Made by a program: the position numbers and the translations under genes. A stretch of 64,000 bases of DNA, from positions 143,345 to 207,344 of the forward strand of contig JADFYI010000001.1 of assembly GCA_015233145.1 (NCBI GenBank), given 5' to 3'. How positions within the stretch are numbered: the first letter of the stretch is position 1; every line of letters begins with the position of its first letter. The notes below the pieces were generated by a model. The model was not told where the DNA came from, made no database searches, and saw nothing but the letters and a program-made list of their open reading frames with translations. Source of the DNA: Candidatus Omnitrophota bacterium (lineage in GTDB: Bacteria > Omnitrophota > Gorgyraeia > Zapsychrales > Fredricksoniimonadaceae). Positions 1-9,175 of this stretch are shown here, one piece after another.

Positions 1-172
1 GCGTCAAGGCAGTGATGGTATCGCAATCAATAAGGTTGTATAGCCCTGCGTAGCCATTGGGGATAACGTAAGGCGTAATCCCAAGTGAGTTGGCCATTTG
101 AGCGGCACCCTTGACAACGCCGTTCAGCCCGCCACAGTCTCCGCCGGAGGTTAAAATTCCGATTTTTTTCAT
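1..172 (-). CDS. 6-phosphofructokinase family protein, N-terminal fragment (continues past left edge)
   Basis: Reverse-strand translation from the ATG at 172-170 gives MKKIGILTSGGDCGGLNGVVKGAAQMANSLGITPYVIPNGYAGLYNL. The GxLTSGGDxxGxN loop is the PFK-family N-terminus. It is missing from the ORF track only because the window truncates it below 60 aa. Confidence 0.7.
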   Translation of the reverse strand, partial: MKKIGILTSGGDCGGLNGVVKGAAQMANSLGITPYVIPNGYAGLYNLIDCDTITALT

Positions 173-266
173 AAAGGGTACTCCTTAAATAAGGGGTTAA
201 AATTGTCGGTAATGGAATGCAGGCTAAATTATCATAAGCAAACACGGAAATCAACCGTGATTTTGA

Positions 267-1931
267 TTAGTCTTTGTGAGCTGTCGCCAGCATATCTTCG
301 GCATGTTTTAACGCGACAGGCGTTATCTTGTCTCCGGTCATCATGTGCGCGACTTCTTCGAGGCGCTGTTTTCCCTGGAGAGGCTCAACAATTGTCTTGG
401 TGCGCCCTTTTTCCACAATTTTAGAAATTTTAAAATGCGTTTGGGCAAAGGCGGCAATCTGGGGCAGGTGAGTGATAAGGATAACCTGGCGGTGATCTGC
501 AATTTCTCTAAGTTTTGTACCCACCACGGTTCCCAGGCGTCCGCCGATTTGGGCGTCAATTTCATCAAAAATAAGAACCGGGACAGAATCTACTTTCATA
601 AGAGAACGCTTGATGGCCAGCATGAGCCTTGCCGCCTCACCGGAAGAAACAATTTCTGCCAAAGGCTTTAAACTTTCACCGGCGTTGGTGCTGATAAAAA
701 ATACAACCTTGTCGGTTCCGTTTGGCCCTGGGGCGATTGTTTCCATGCGGACTTCAAAAAGGATGGATTTAAACCCGAGCTCCTGGAGTTCTTTTTCAAT
801 GGTTTTCTTAAGGAGGCTCGCCGTTTTTTTTCTTTTTTGGGTCAGTGATTTGGCAATTTTAAGGAGCTTTTCTTTTTTGTCTGCCAGGTCTTCAAGAAGT
901 GTTTCTTCGTGCTGCTCGTAATCACTTAAGAGGGCATATTTTTCTTTGGCGTTTTCGTAAAACTTTCTGGCATCTTCGATTGATGGGCCGTATTTCTTCT
1001 GGATGTCCTTGTAAGCGTCAAATTGATCGTTGACAGTTTTGGCATCCTGGGCGTTAAAATTCAAGGATTCACCGTAATCTTTAAGACCAGAAACAAGCTC
1101 ACGGGCCTTGTCTTGTAAGGTGCTAAGGTCATCCAGGAGGGGCGCGGCCTTGTCATCAATAGCGGCAAGTTTGTCCAGGGGTTTCATGGTTTTGGATAAA
1201 ATGAGCTCAAGGCTGGCTTCATCATTTTCAAGGATGGCCATGGCCTGGGCCAAATTGTCATAAAGTTTTTCAGCATTGGCAATTTTTATCTGGGCTTGTG
1301 TAAGCTCATCAAAATGAGTTTGATTCAAGGGCACCTGTTCAAGTTCCTTGATTTGATGGGCCAAAAGGTCAATATCCCGTTCGCGGGATTGGGCCAGGTT
1401 GTGAAGTTCTGTGATTTTATTTTGAATGGCACAGTATTCTTTATATAAAGATTGGTATCGGGTTAAGTTATCCTCAAAATCAGTTAAGGCGTCAAGAATA
1501 ACCTGATGTTCATGTTCTGCCAAAAGCTGTTGGTGGTCATAGGGGCCGTGGAAGTCGATAATCCTGTCGCCAATGCTTTTCAGTTGAGCGGCTGTTACGG
1601 TCAGCCCGTTTATTTTGATGCGGTTTCGCCCGTCAGAGGCTACGGTGCGTTGAATAATAAGGGTATTGTCTTCAAAAGGAATATTGTCGTTGTCAGGGAG
1701 TGTTTTTAAAAAAAGAGGGGGCAGGTGAAAGACCGCTTCGACACTGCAGGAATCGGCGTTGTCCCTGAGGTGGCTTGTTTGGAATCGTTCTCCAAGCCCG
1801 AAACGAAGGGCATCCACAAGAATGGATTTTCCTGCGCCTGTTTCGCCGGTCAGGATATTGAGCTTATTGGCAAACTGAATAGAAACGTTCTCAATAATTC
1901 CGAAATTTTTGACTGTGAGTTCTTCAAGCAT
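267..1931 (-). CDS. recN: DNA repair protein RecN
   Basis: 554-aa ORF with an N-terminal Walker A (LTGETGAGKSILVDAL) and a long coiled-coil middle. The C-terminus has the SGGEAARLMLAIK signature and LIFDEIDAQIGG Walker B. This is the canonical RecN layout. Confidence 0.92.
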   Translation of the reverse strand: MLEELTVKNFGIIENVSIQFANKLNILTGETGAGKSILVDALRFGLGERFQTSHLRDNADSCSVEAVFHLPPLFLKTLPDNDNIPFEDNTLIIQRTVASDGRNRIKINGLTVTAAQLKSIGDRIIDFHGPYDHQQLLAEHEHQVILDALTDFEDNLTRYQSLYKEYCAIQNKITELHNLAQSRERDIDLLAHQIKELEQVPLNQTHFDELTQAQIKIANAEKLYDNLAQAMAILENDEASLELILSKTMKPLDKLAAIDDKAAPLLDDLSTLQDKARELVSGLKDYGESLNFNAQDAKTVNDQFDAYKDIQKKYGPSIEDARKFYENAKEKYALLSDYEQHEETLLEDLADKKEKLLKIAKSLTQKRKKTASLLKKTIEKELQELGFKSILFEVRMETIAPGPNGTDKVVFFISTNAGESLKPLAEIVSSGEAARLMLAIKRSLMKVDSVPVLIFDEIDAQIGGRLGTVVGTKLREIADHRQVILITHLPQIAAFAQTHFKISKIVEKGRTKTIVEPLQGKQRLEEVAHMMTGDKITPVALKHAEDMLATAHKD

Positions 1932-2159
1932 GGAGTTATAATAGCAAAAAATTAAAGAAACAACATTCTCTCTTTACATAAATTTGCTCATTTGCTATAT
2001 TACACGCCGTTTTAGGGAAAAGTGTTATTATTTTTTCCGTGTCGTTTTTCTGATATGGAATATTTTAGAATAACGATATTTCGTTCCGTTCGCCAGGATT
2101 AATCGGCTCGCGGGACTCCGTGTTGCTTTTCTTGGGAAGGATTTTTGTAGCAACACTGC

Positions 2160-2232
2160 GCCGACGTAGCTCAGTTGGTAGAGCAGCTGATTTGTAATCA
2201 GCTGGTCGGGGGTTCGACTCCTCTCGTCGGCT
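2160..2232 (+). tRNA. tRNA-Thr (anticodon UGU)
   Basis: Hand-folded cloverleaf of 73 nt. Acceptor GCCGACG/CGTCGGC, D arm GCTC-AGTTGGTA-GAGC, anticodon stem GCTGA/TCAGC with loop TTTGTAA, and T arm GGGGG-TTCGACT-CCTCT. Confidence 0.9.
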
Positions 2233-2339
2233 TTTTCTTTTCCTTCCATATAAATAATTAGAGAAGGAAAAGAAAAAGTCCTTGCCGGTAACGGCAAGGA
2301 CAAAAGAAATACTTAAAAGAGAATTTTTTCATTGCACTA

Positions 2340-2375
2340 ACGTCTGCGAGGTCCTGTCAGGGCCTTAGGTGACGT
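2340..2375. repeat. Imperfect palindromic hairpin element, copy 1 (core CCTGTCAGGGCCTTAGGT)
   Basis: ACGTC...GGTCCTG-T-CAGGGCC...GACGT. It shares an 18-nt core with the element at 2411-2449. Confidence 0.6.
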
Positions 2376-2410
2376 GAGATGCATTTATTCATATTTTTTA
2401 TATTAGCACC

Positions 2411-2449
2411 GATGTCTCCAAGGCCCTGTCAGGGCCTTAGGTAGACATC
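2411..2449. repeat. Imperfect palindromic hairpin element, copy 2
   Basis: GATGTCTCCAAGGCCCTG-T-CAGGGCCTTAGGTAGACATC forms a stem of about 17 bp with a small bulge. The core is the same as in copy 1. Confidence 0.6.
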
Positions 2450-2480
2450 AGTGCATGTGTTCAAGAATCCTTGAACACAT

Positions 2481-2566
2481 GGGTAGGTACCCAAGTGGCC
2501 AAAGGGGACAGACTGTAAATCTGTTGCGCTTGCGCTTCCAAGGTTCGAATCCTTGCCTGCCCACCA
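2481..2566 (+). tRNA. tRNA-Tyr (anticodon GUA), long variable arm, encoded CCA
   Basis: Hand-folded, 86 nt. Acceptor GGGTAGG/CCTGCCC, anticodon stem ACAGA/TCTGT with loop CTGTAAA, a 14-nt variable arm, T arm CAAGG-TTCGAAT-CCTTG, then ACCA. Confidence 0.9.
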
Positions 2567-2577
2567 TTTCTTCCATA

Positions 2578-2616
2578 GCAAAAAACCTCGTTCCCGTATG
2601 GGCCGAGGTTTTTTGC
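2578..2616 (+). terminator. Rho-independent terminator after tRNA-Tyr (symmetrical, potentially bidirectional)
   Basis: GCAAAAAACCTCG / CGAGGTTTTTTGC are perfect 13-nt arms around a 13-nt loop. A-run and T-run flanks are built into the arms. Confidence 0.6.
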
Positions 2617-2853
2617 ATTTATTAGGGAAGAAATGGTGGGCCCTTGAAAGAATTCTTTCAAGGGCGGTGGCAATCGCAGAAGTAATAAAACCTCGTTCCC
2701 GAAAGCCCTGAAGGCTCGGGCGGCTGTAGGCCGCCAGCGTGAACTTAGGGGTCATCCTTAAGCTATTCCAGATAAATTGGCAATATAAGAAATAATGTTT
2801 TATATTTGTAAAATCGCTCATAGAATTCGTTTGTCCAAAAGGACAGGTGTTGT

Positions 2854-4944
2854 GTGAAAGCATTGTTTGTTCAAAATTATTTCCGTCAGAAGATGATTTC
2901 CGGGTTTATGGCATTGATCGTTGCCTTAGGCTCCATGGGGATTTCGTATGCCCAAAACAGCGTTTTAATGCCTGCTCCAGGGACTATGGTGTCTTTGAGT
3001 GAGGCGTTTACACCTCCGCTCCTCATGGGCGTCAAGGTCTATGAAGATAATCCGTTCCGTCTGGATTTTATTCTTGACAAGGGCAATTCCAGTGATTCAA
3101 CCCAAGAGTTGCAGCTGCAATCAACCCGCCTGATCAAGTATTTTCTTGCGTCCATCACTGTTCCTGAGAAAGACCTGTGGGTTAATCTTTCGCCTTATGA
3201 GAAAGACCGCATTGTCCCGAATGCTTTTGGAGTGACAGAGATGGGCCGCGATCTTTTGGCGCAGGATTATATGCTCAAACAGATCACGGCAAGTGTGATT
3301 TATCCCGAGGGTGAAATTGGCAAAGCGTTTTGGGGCAGGGTTTACGCTGAGGCCCAGAAGAGGTATGGCACAACGGATATCCCCGTGGATACTTTTAACA
3401 AAGTCTGGATTGTCCCTGAAAAAGCCTTGGTTTATGAGAATAAAAATACCGCTTATGTGGTTGAAAGCCGGCTTAAGGTCATGCTTGAAGAGGATTATCT
3501 TGCCCTTAAGAACATGGCTCTAAAAGAGCAGGTTGCCTCACCAACCAATAAGCTTGGGTCTGATGTTGTCCGTGAGGTTGTGATTCCGATTCTTGAAAAA
3601 GAAGTCAACGAAGGCAGGAATTTCGCCCAGCTCAGGCAAGTTTATCAGTCGCTTATTTTAGCTGCCTGGTTTAAGGACAAAGTTAAAGCAAGTATATTCG
3701 CTAAAGCCTATGTTGATCAAAGAAAGACCGGCGGGGTAGATATTGAAGATAAAGCGGCCGGGGAAAAGATATGGGCGCTCTATGTCGAGGCCTTCAAGAA
3801 AGGCGCGTACAACTACATCAAAGAAGATATTGACCCCGTAACGCAGCAGCCTGTGCCCAGAAAGTATTTTTCAGGCGGGATGAATTTGGGAAATGTTCGA
3901 AATGTCATGGATTTCGCCATGGAGCCTCCATTGCCTGAAAAGGGATCCAAGCGCTGCATGCTCGTACGGACAAATTTAGAGAATGTCCCTCAGACCTCGC
4001 CGGAGAACCCGCTGAGTGATGGCGAACAGTCATCTGCAAGCGGGATATATGGCGAAAAAATGTTACGTCAAATGCTCCTTTCCCGGATCACACAGAAGCG
4101 GCAGATGGAACGTTTGAATCTCGCAGAGGCGACCCGCTACGGTGCCCAACTTTATCAGTATTGGTCTGACCGCGGGTTATTTGAGACCTTAAGGAGAGAA
4201 AAGCCTTTGGACGACATGTTTGATTATAAAGGGTCTTTTCGTGTGCGCTCAGAGTATGGTGACCTGAAAATAGAGCATGTTGTCCTGGCCCAGAGCGAGC
4301 CGCCTTTTTATCGGGAGCTTTTTTTAGTCAATGGGATGATGATGGGGTATGGCGGGTTTGCCAATTACGCCGGTGATGTTTTACTGACAATGAATTTAAA
4401 TACGAGCCTTGTTGAAAACAAGCCTGACCACCTTGCCAGAGAAATATTTATTAACCGCTTGTCTGCGATCGATACCCTTTTTAAACATCGTGTGAAGCGG
4501 TTTGAGGTTGAGCCAGGGCAGTTTAAAAATCAGGGCAAGGCCGTTATTTTTTACCGAAAATTATTGTTTAAGCCAATGGAGCAGGTGCCTGTGGAAGTGA
4601 AGCGCCTTATGGCCAGAATTTTCCAAGGGGAGATGCTGCCGATCCCCGAGGTCGATTATCTCCAGGAAAAGGCTGTTCATTATATTTTCTTTCCGGTTCG
4701 GGGCCGGTTGTCGTCGGTGGATAAGGCGATGGAGGTGCCTCCACTTCAGAAAGGCGGTATTGACCTGAGCCGCGACCGGATGGGGCTCCAGGTTCAGAGC
4801 GGGCAACAGGCCGTTCAGTTCAATTTTGATCCCGTTATGATTGAGCAGTTAGAAAGTGCTTCCGGCCTTACGCCAGTCATCATTGACATTCAACCCATGA
4901 CAACAACCATCCCGGTGTTCCTGGGGGTTAAGGACGTGCCTTAG
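2854..4944 (+). CDS. Secreted protein of unknown function (696 aa)
   Basis: Long ORF with an N-terminal signal-like segment (FMALIVALGSMGISYAQN). I recognise no catalytic motif. The C-terminal segment KGGIDLSRDRMGLQVQ...FNFDP...PVIIDIQPM resembles tails I recall in uncharacterised envelope proteins of candidate phyla. Confidence 0.6.
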   Translation: MKALFVQNYFRQKMISGFMALIVALGSMGISYAQNSVLMPAPGTMVSLSEAFTPPLLMGVKVYEDNPFRLDFILDKGNSSDSTQELQLQSTRLIKYFLASITVPEKDLWVNLSPYEKDRIVPNAFGVTEMGRDLLAQDYMLKQITASVIYPEGEIGKAFWGRVYAEAQKRYGTTDIPVDTFNKVWIVPEKALVYENKNTAYVVESRLKVMLEEDYLALKNMALKEQVASPTNKLGSDVVREVVIPILEKEVNEGRNFAQLRQVYQSLILAAWFKDKVKASIFAKAYVDQRKTGGVDIEDKAAGEKIWALYVEAFKKGAYNYIKEDIDPVTQQPVPRKYFSGGMNLGNVRNVMDFAMEPPLPEKGSKRCMLVRTNLENVPQTSPENPLSDGEQSSASGIYGEKMLRQMLLSRITQKRQMERLNLAEATRYGAQLYQYWSDRGLFETLRREKPLDDMFDYKGSFRVRSEYGDLKIEHVVLAQSEPPFYRELFLVNGMMMGYGGFANYAGDVLLTMNLNTSLVENKPDHLAREIFINRLSAIDTLFKHRVKRFEVEPGQFKNQGKAVIFYRKLLFKPMEQVPVEVKRLMARIFQGEMLPIPEVDYLQEKAVHYIFFPVRGRLSSVDKAMEVPPLQKGGIDLSRDRMGLQVQSGQQAVQFNFDPVMIEQLESASGLTPVIIDIQPMTTTIPVFLGVKDVP

Positions 4945-4959
4945 CCTGGTCATTAAGTT

Positions 4960-6513
4960 TTACGTTCTCTGGGGAAGGCGGATGGTAAATATTGAACCTC
5001 CACCAGGACGGCTCGCAGCGGATATTTGTCCCTTATGGTCTTCAATGATGTTATATGCAATTGACAGGCCTAAGCCGGTTCCTTTACCAACAGGTTTTGT
5101 TGTAAAAAACGGCTCAAAAAGATGCCCGCGCACATCCTCGGTCATTCCGGTTCCTGTATCTTCTATCTCGACAATAACAGCCGCTCCTTTAACAAATGTC
5201 CTGATAGTGATGATGCCTTTTTGGGAAATGGCTTGGGCCGCATTGATAAGAAGGTTTAAGAAAACCTGGCTTAACTGCTGAGGGTAGCAGTAAATAGTCG
5301 GCAAGTCGCCGTAATCTTTAACAACTTCTGCCTTGTACTTGATTGTGTTCCAGGCAATATTGAGAGTAGAATCCAGAAGCTGGCGTATATCTACTTTTTC
5401 AAGCTTTCTTTCATCGGAATGGGAAAAAGTGCGTAAATCCATAACAATTCTGCTGATATGTAGCATCCCCCCAATTGATTCATCCATCATGGCTGGAAGG
5501 TCAGCTAAAATTTTATTTATTTCCATCTCATTTCTTAATTTTTCTAAATCGTTCGAAAGTTGTATCGCTCCGTCAGCCTTGATTTCTTTGATGTAAGCTT
5601 CCAGGCTGTCATACTGGGCGTATAACTTTTTTAACCTTTCGACATACTGCTTTAAAAGCTCGAGGTTGCTCAGCACAAATCCAGCCGGATTATTGATTTC
5701 ATGCGCAACCCCGGCAGCCAGCTGCCCGATGGCTGCCATTTTTTCGGATTGGAGGAGTTGTTTTTGTGTGCTTTCCAAAGACCTCTGCAGGCGGCGACGG
5801 TGTTCCACTTCCAGGGCCAGTTCGTTGCGGGAGACTGTTGTTGCCCGAAGCGTATCGCTCATTTTATTAAATGAGCGCGCCAGGTCGTAAATTTCATCAG
5901 AACCAGCTGCGTTCACGTGGCCGATATAGTTTTTATCGGACATTTCATCGATCGCTGTTTTTAGTTCGCCAAGAGGAGTAAGAAATTTGTTAAGTAAAAA
6001 CGCACAAGAAATCAACGCAAGGATGGCTATGAAAAAGGCCAAAAGCATAAGGTCCTTGATATTTTCCGTCAACTCTCGACGAAGATCTTTGAGGGAATAC
6101 ACAATTTCAATTTCCCCGATGACACGGCCGCTTTCGTTATATACTGATCTGGAAAGCGAGATCGTGGGATAATTTTTGAGGTTCAAGCTGGAGCGATCAA
6201 ATTTTTCATTGAGAATCGGCGGTTTTCCGACCTCCCGGATGAGGACACTGCAGCACATCGGGGAAGCCCTGAAAAAACGCACGGAATCCCGAAGCACGAC
6301 CTTATCATTAAATTCCAAAGCCGCGCTGATGCTGTAAGCTGCGCTTTGAAGTTCGCGGGATAAATGGGTTTGAAGATCGCTTTCGGTTTGCAAGTAAAAA
6401 GTTTGGATAAGAAATCCTGACAAAAGGATGGCAAAGATAAAAAAAGTCACGGCCACTGTCAGCATGACCTTGAAACGCAGCCCCCGGCTGAAAAAATGAT
6501 GAAACTGCCCCAT
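4960..6513 (-). CDS. Sensor histidine kinase (2 TM, periplasmic sensor, HAMP, HisKA, HATPase_c)
   Basis: Two hydrophobic segments flank a loop of about 130 aa. H-box VAHEINNPAGF, G-boxes DTGTGM and GTGLGLSI. Confidence 0.85.
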   Translation of the reverse strand: MGQFHHFFSRGLRFKVMLTVAVTFFIFAILLSGFLIQTFYLQTESDLQTHLSRELQSAAYSISAALEFNDKVVLRDSVRFFRASPMCCSVLIREVGKPPILNEKFDRSSLNLKNYPTISLSRSVYNESGRVIGEIEIVYSLKDLRRELTENIKDLMLLAFFIAILALISCAFLLNKFLTPLGELKTAIDEMSDKNYIGHVNAAGSDEIYDLARSFNKMSDTLRATTVSRNELALEVEHRRRLQRSLESTQKQLLQSEKMAAIGQLAAGVAHEINNPAGFVLSNLELLKQYVERLKKLYAQYDSLEAYIKEIKADGAIQLSNDLEKLRNEMEINKILADLPAMMDESIGGMLHISRIVMDLRTFSHSDERKLEKVDIRQLLDSTLNIAWNTIKYKAEVVKDYGDLPTIYCYPQQLSQVFLNLLINAAQAISQKGIITIRTFVKGAAVIVEIEDTGTGMTEDVRGHLFEPFFTTKPVGKGTGLGLSIAYNIIEDHKGQISAASRPGGGSIFTIRLPQRT

Positions 6514-7103
6514 CAGCGGACAACCTCACACAAAGAAAGAAGTTTTGCTGAATAATCGCTATTTTCAGCCAGCATCCCATTCATATTTACAAGCATTCGG
6601 AACACTCCGCCTTTCATAACGATTCCAAAACTCCCGCCAGCCATGACACAGGAACGCTCTTTACAGACAGAATTGATTTGCAGTTTCCTGGTTGCCGCGG
6701 TCACGAGGCTGGCTCTTTGGGGATCTTTATCAAGGAGTAAAACAACAGAAATTTCCCGGCTTTGAAGTTCCTGTCCAAGCGCATCAGAAGTGTTTGACTG
6801 CGGATCTAAGAAAATTGTTTCAACAATAAATGGCTTCTGACGGATGGAATAAGAAGACTGAAGGCGTAAAAGGACATCCTGAACTTCGTTGGCAAAATCA
6901 ATGGCATTCTGGTCGTCTTTAAAAGCCAGAACAGCGATTTTGACCTTTTGCTGGGTTTTATTGTCAAGCCTGCGGTCATAGCCCAGGGCTTTTATGAATA
7001 TGGCGGAAAAAAGCTCAGCCTGAGGAATGCCAGCGGCCATGGATGGCGTTCCTCCAAGCAATGAGAGGCACAGGATAATGGCAATGATCCGAACAGGAAA
7101 CAT
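6513..7103 (-). CDS. Periplasmic protein, possibly YfiR/DUF4154-like
   Basis: 196 aa with a signal peptide (IIAIILCLSLLGGTPSMAAG). Size and position between a TonB receptor and a sensor kinase fit DUF4154 proteins. Motif-level similarity is weak. Confidence 0.4.
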   Translation of the reverse strand: MFPVRIIAIILCLSLLGGTPSMAAGIPQAELFSAIFIKALGYDRRLDNKTQQKVKIAVLAFKDDQNAIDFANEVQDVLLRLQSSYSIRQKPFIVETIFLDPQSNTSDALGQELQSREISVVLLLDKDPQRASLVTAATRKLQINSVCKERSCVMAGGSFGIVMKGGVFRMLVNMNGMLAENSDYSAKLLSLCEVVR

Positions 7104-7117
7104 TTTTTACCCCAGTG

Positions 7118-9175
7118 TCAAAATTTGACTTTCATCCCCGCGTAAACTTCAGGTTTCACAAGATACTGGTCAAAGGATTCATAAAGGCCTGCGCTGCCGA
7201 AAATATTCTGGCCTACAAGCTCAGCCTCGGCATCATTTTTGCCTATCTTAAAAGTATACCCTAAACGGAGCGTATTATCCCAATATCCATGCATTTTCTG
7301 GTTGGTGCCATTTTGGACAGGCGTGAAGTAACCGCCTTCATAGGTGTACTTGCTGAAATATTTCGCATAGGCATCAAAAGACCACTTATTGAGTGTATAC
7401 CTCAGGCCAGTGCCGATGGCATGAGTTGAGACATAATTCACATTTTGCTGGATTATGCGTGAGTTGCTGTCCGGATCTCCCTGCGGTGCAATATAACTGT
7501 AATCTGCCATCACCATGAAGTCTTTTGAAATGTTGTATTTGGCATCAAACTCTGCGCCTAATGTGGTAATTCGGCCGTCGTTAAAATAGTTGACAGTATA
7601 CGCTGATGGGTAGGCGGAAAAAGGGAAGGGATAAAAAGATGTCGGGGTCCAATTGGAAAGGACTTGGGCATCTTTAAGATAAGACAAATACGCTGTGGCA
7701 TCAATATCCAATTTTTTATCTAAAAACAGGCCGTGATAACCGGTTTCATAAGTCATCACACTTTCCGGTTCAAGATTGACATTTCCTGTATAGAGTACCG
7801 ATGGGTATGGAACACCAGAACTTGGAATAAAAATACTCATATATTTATCAGCGATGCTGGGCGTATGATATGTTTTTTGCGCCACAGCCCGTACGCTTTG
7901 AGTATCCGTGAATTCGTAGATAGCCGATGCTCTCGGAGATATTAAGGGGTCTTTTTCCCTGGTATAAGAATTTTCGTCAATACGTGCCCCTGCGGTTAAG
8001 ATTAATTTTTCTATAGGGCGGTATTCATCCTGTAAAAAGAAGGAAAGGATTGTCGGATCTTTAAACGCCGGATTCAAAGCGCCTATGGAACCCGGATATA
8101 TAACAGTTCCCTCGGTTTGGATATTGCTTTGAGAGAAACGGCCGTCCACGCCAAAAGACGTGACATGCGGGCCATAAAAAGAATAAGTCAGGTTGTTTTG
8201 CATTTGCAGATTTTCTGTATTTTCATCCGCATTATTGGTGGTCGATAATGTTCCACGGTGATGCACCACATCAGCATGGATAGAGTAATCATAAAAATCA
8301 GTGACTTTCTGCTGGAAATGCATGGTGACAAGTTCCATGCCGCCTAGGTATTTCTGGACAGGGCCAAAATTCGATGGCCCTATATCTGAGGCATAATGAG
8401 TGTCCAGGCCCGCGGTTATGGATAATTGCATGTCGTCAGAAAATTTCTTGTCAAACCGCATCCCTCCATTGCTGTCGCGATAGTTGTTATGAAAGGTGTT
8501 TGTTGGATCTTTGTATTTTCTGGTATAACCAGAGTCGGCTTTAAATTGAGAAAATACCCTTACCCCCCAGCTTTTTTGTGCATTTAAGCCTCCAACGGCA
8601 ATGGCAAGATCTTCAATCGATGGGATTCCGGCTTTGGCTGCGGCATAATTCTCAGAATTTAATGATGATTTGGTAATAATGTTAATGACGCCATTGACAG
8701 CATTCGACGCGTAAAGGACACCGCCAGGTCCGCGAATAATTTCGATGCGTTCAATCTCATTTAAAGACACCGGCAGGCTGTCCCACATGGTGCCGTTCGA
8801 GAGGGAATCGAAAACAACAGCGCCATCAATCAATACCAGTAAATTATTGGTAGCAATATAGGAAGGGCCACGGACAGCCACGGCATAATGGTGGCCGTCG
8901 ATGCGCTGAACCTGCATTCCAGGGACCATAAAAAATAAATCCGGGATGTTGCGCGCCCCGGAGCGGGCAATATCTTCCTTTGTAATAACTGTCATGGATT
9001 GGGAAACTTCATTTTTTTTCTGCTCACGGCCTCCCGCCGATGTGACGGAGATATTAAGGAGGTCCTCCAAAGGCAGGCTCATGAGGTCTCGTTCAGCCGC
9101 GAAAGCGTTAGGCGCTCCTGATAAGATAAATCCCAAAACAAGCAAGAAAAGATTTCGCGTTAAACTCTTTTCCAT
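7118..9175 (-). CDS. TonB-dependent outer-membrane receptor
   Basis: Signal peptide, plug region (VITKEDIARSGARNIPDLFFMVPGMQV, IEIIRGPGGVLYASNAVNGVINIITK) and a long beta-barrel ending in a terminal aromatic residue (MKVKF). Confidence 0.88.
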   Translation of the reverse strand: MEKSLTRNLFLLVLGFILSGAPNAFAAERDLMSLPLEDLLNISVTSAGGREQKKNEVSQSMTVITKEDIARSGARNIPDLFFMVPGMQVQRIDGHHYAVAVRGPSYIATNNLLVLIDGAVVFDSLSNGTMWDSLPVSLNEIERIEIIRGPGGVLYASNAVNGVINIITKSSLNSENYAAAKAGIPSIEDLAIAVGGLNAQKSWGVRVFSQFKADSGYTRKYKDPTNTFHNNYRDSNGGMRFDKKFSDDMQLSITAGLDTHYASDIGPSNFGPVQKYLGGMELVTMHFQQKVTDFYDYSIHADVVHHRGTLSTTNNADENTENLQMQNNLTYSFYGPHVTSFGVDGRFSQSNIQTEGTVIYPGSIGALNPAFKDPTILSFFLQDEYRPIEKLILTAGARIDENSYTREKDPLISPRASAIYEFTDTQSVRAVAQKTYHTPSIADKYMSIFIPSSGVPYPSVLYTGNVNLEPESVMTYETGYHGLFLDKKLDIDATAYLSYLKDAQVLSNWTPTSFYPFPFSAYPSAYTVNYFNDGRITTLGAEFDAKYNISKDFMVMADYSYIAPQGDPDSNSRIIQQNVNYVSTHAIGTGLRYTLNKWSFDAYAKYFSKYTYEGGYFTPVQNGTNQKMHGYWDNTLRLGYTFKIGKNDAEAELVGQNIFGSAGLYESFDQYLVKPEVYAGMKVKF

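Noticed and set aside
1955-1975. A LexA/Cheo-type box (GAATGTTGTTTC on the recN strand) upstream of recN
   Set aside because: It has two mismatches in the critical GAAC-N4-GTTC half-sites, and the LexA motif of this lineage is unknown. The match is too weak to call.
2559-2641. The tRNA-Tyr 3-prime-end repeat as the att site of an integrated element
   Set aside because: The copy is inverted, not direct, and lies only about 50 nt away. No integrase or foreign-looking cargo follows. The adjacent 696-aa gene shows no obvious compositional break.
2429-2863. 144-aa and 70-aa minus-strand ORFs over the tRNA-Tyr region
   Set aside because: They run antisense through a tRNA gene, a terminator and palindromes. 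Coding is implausible.
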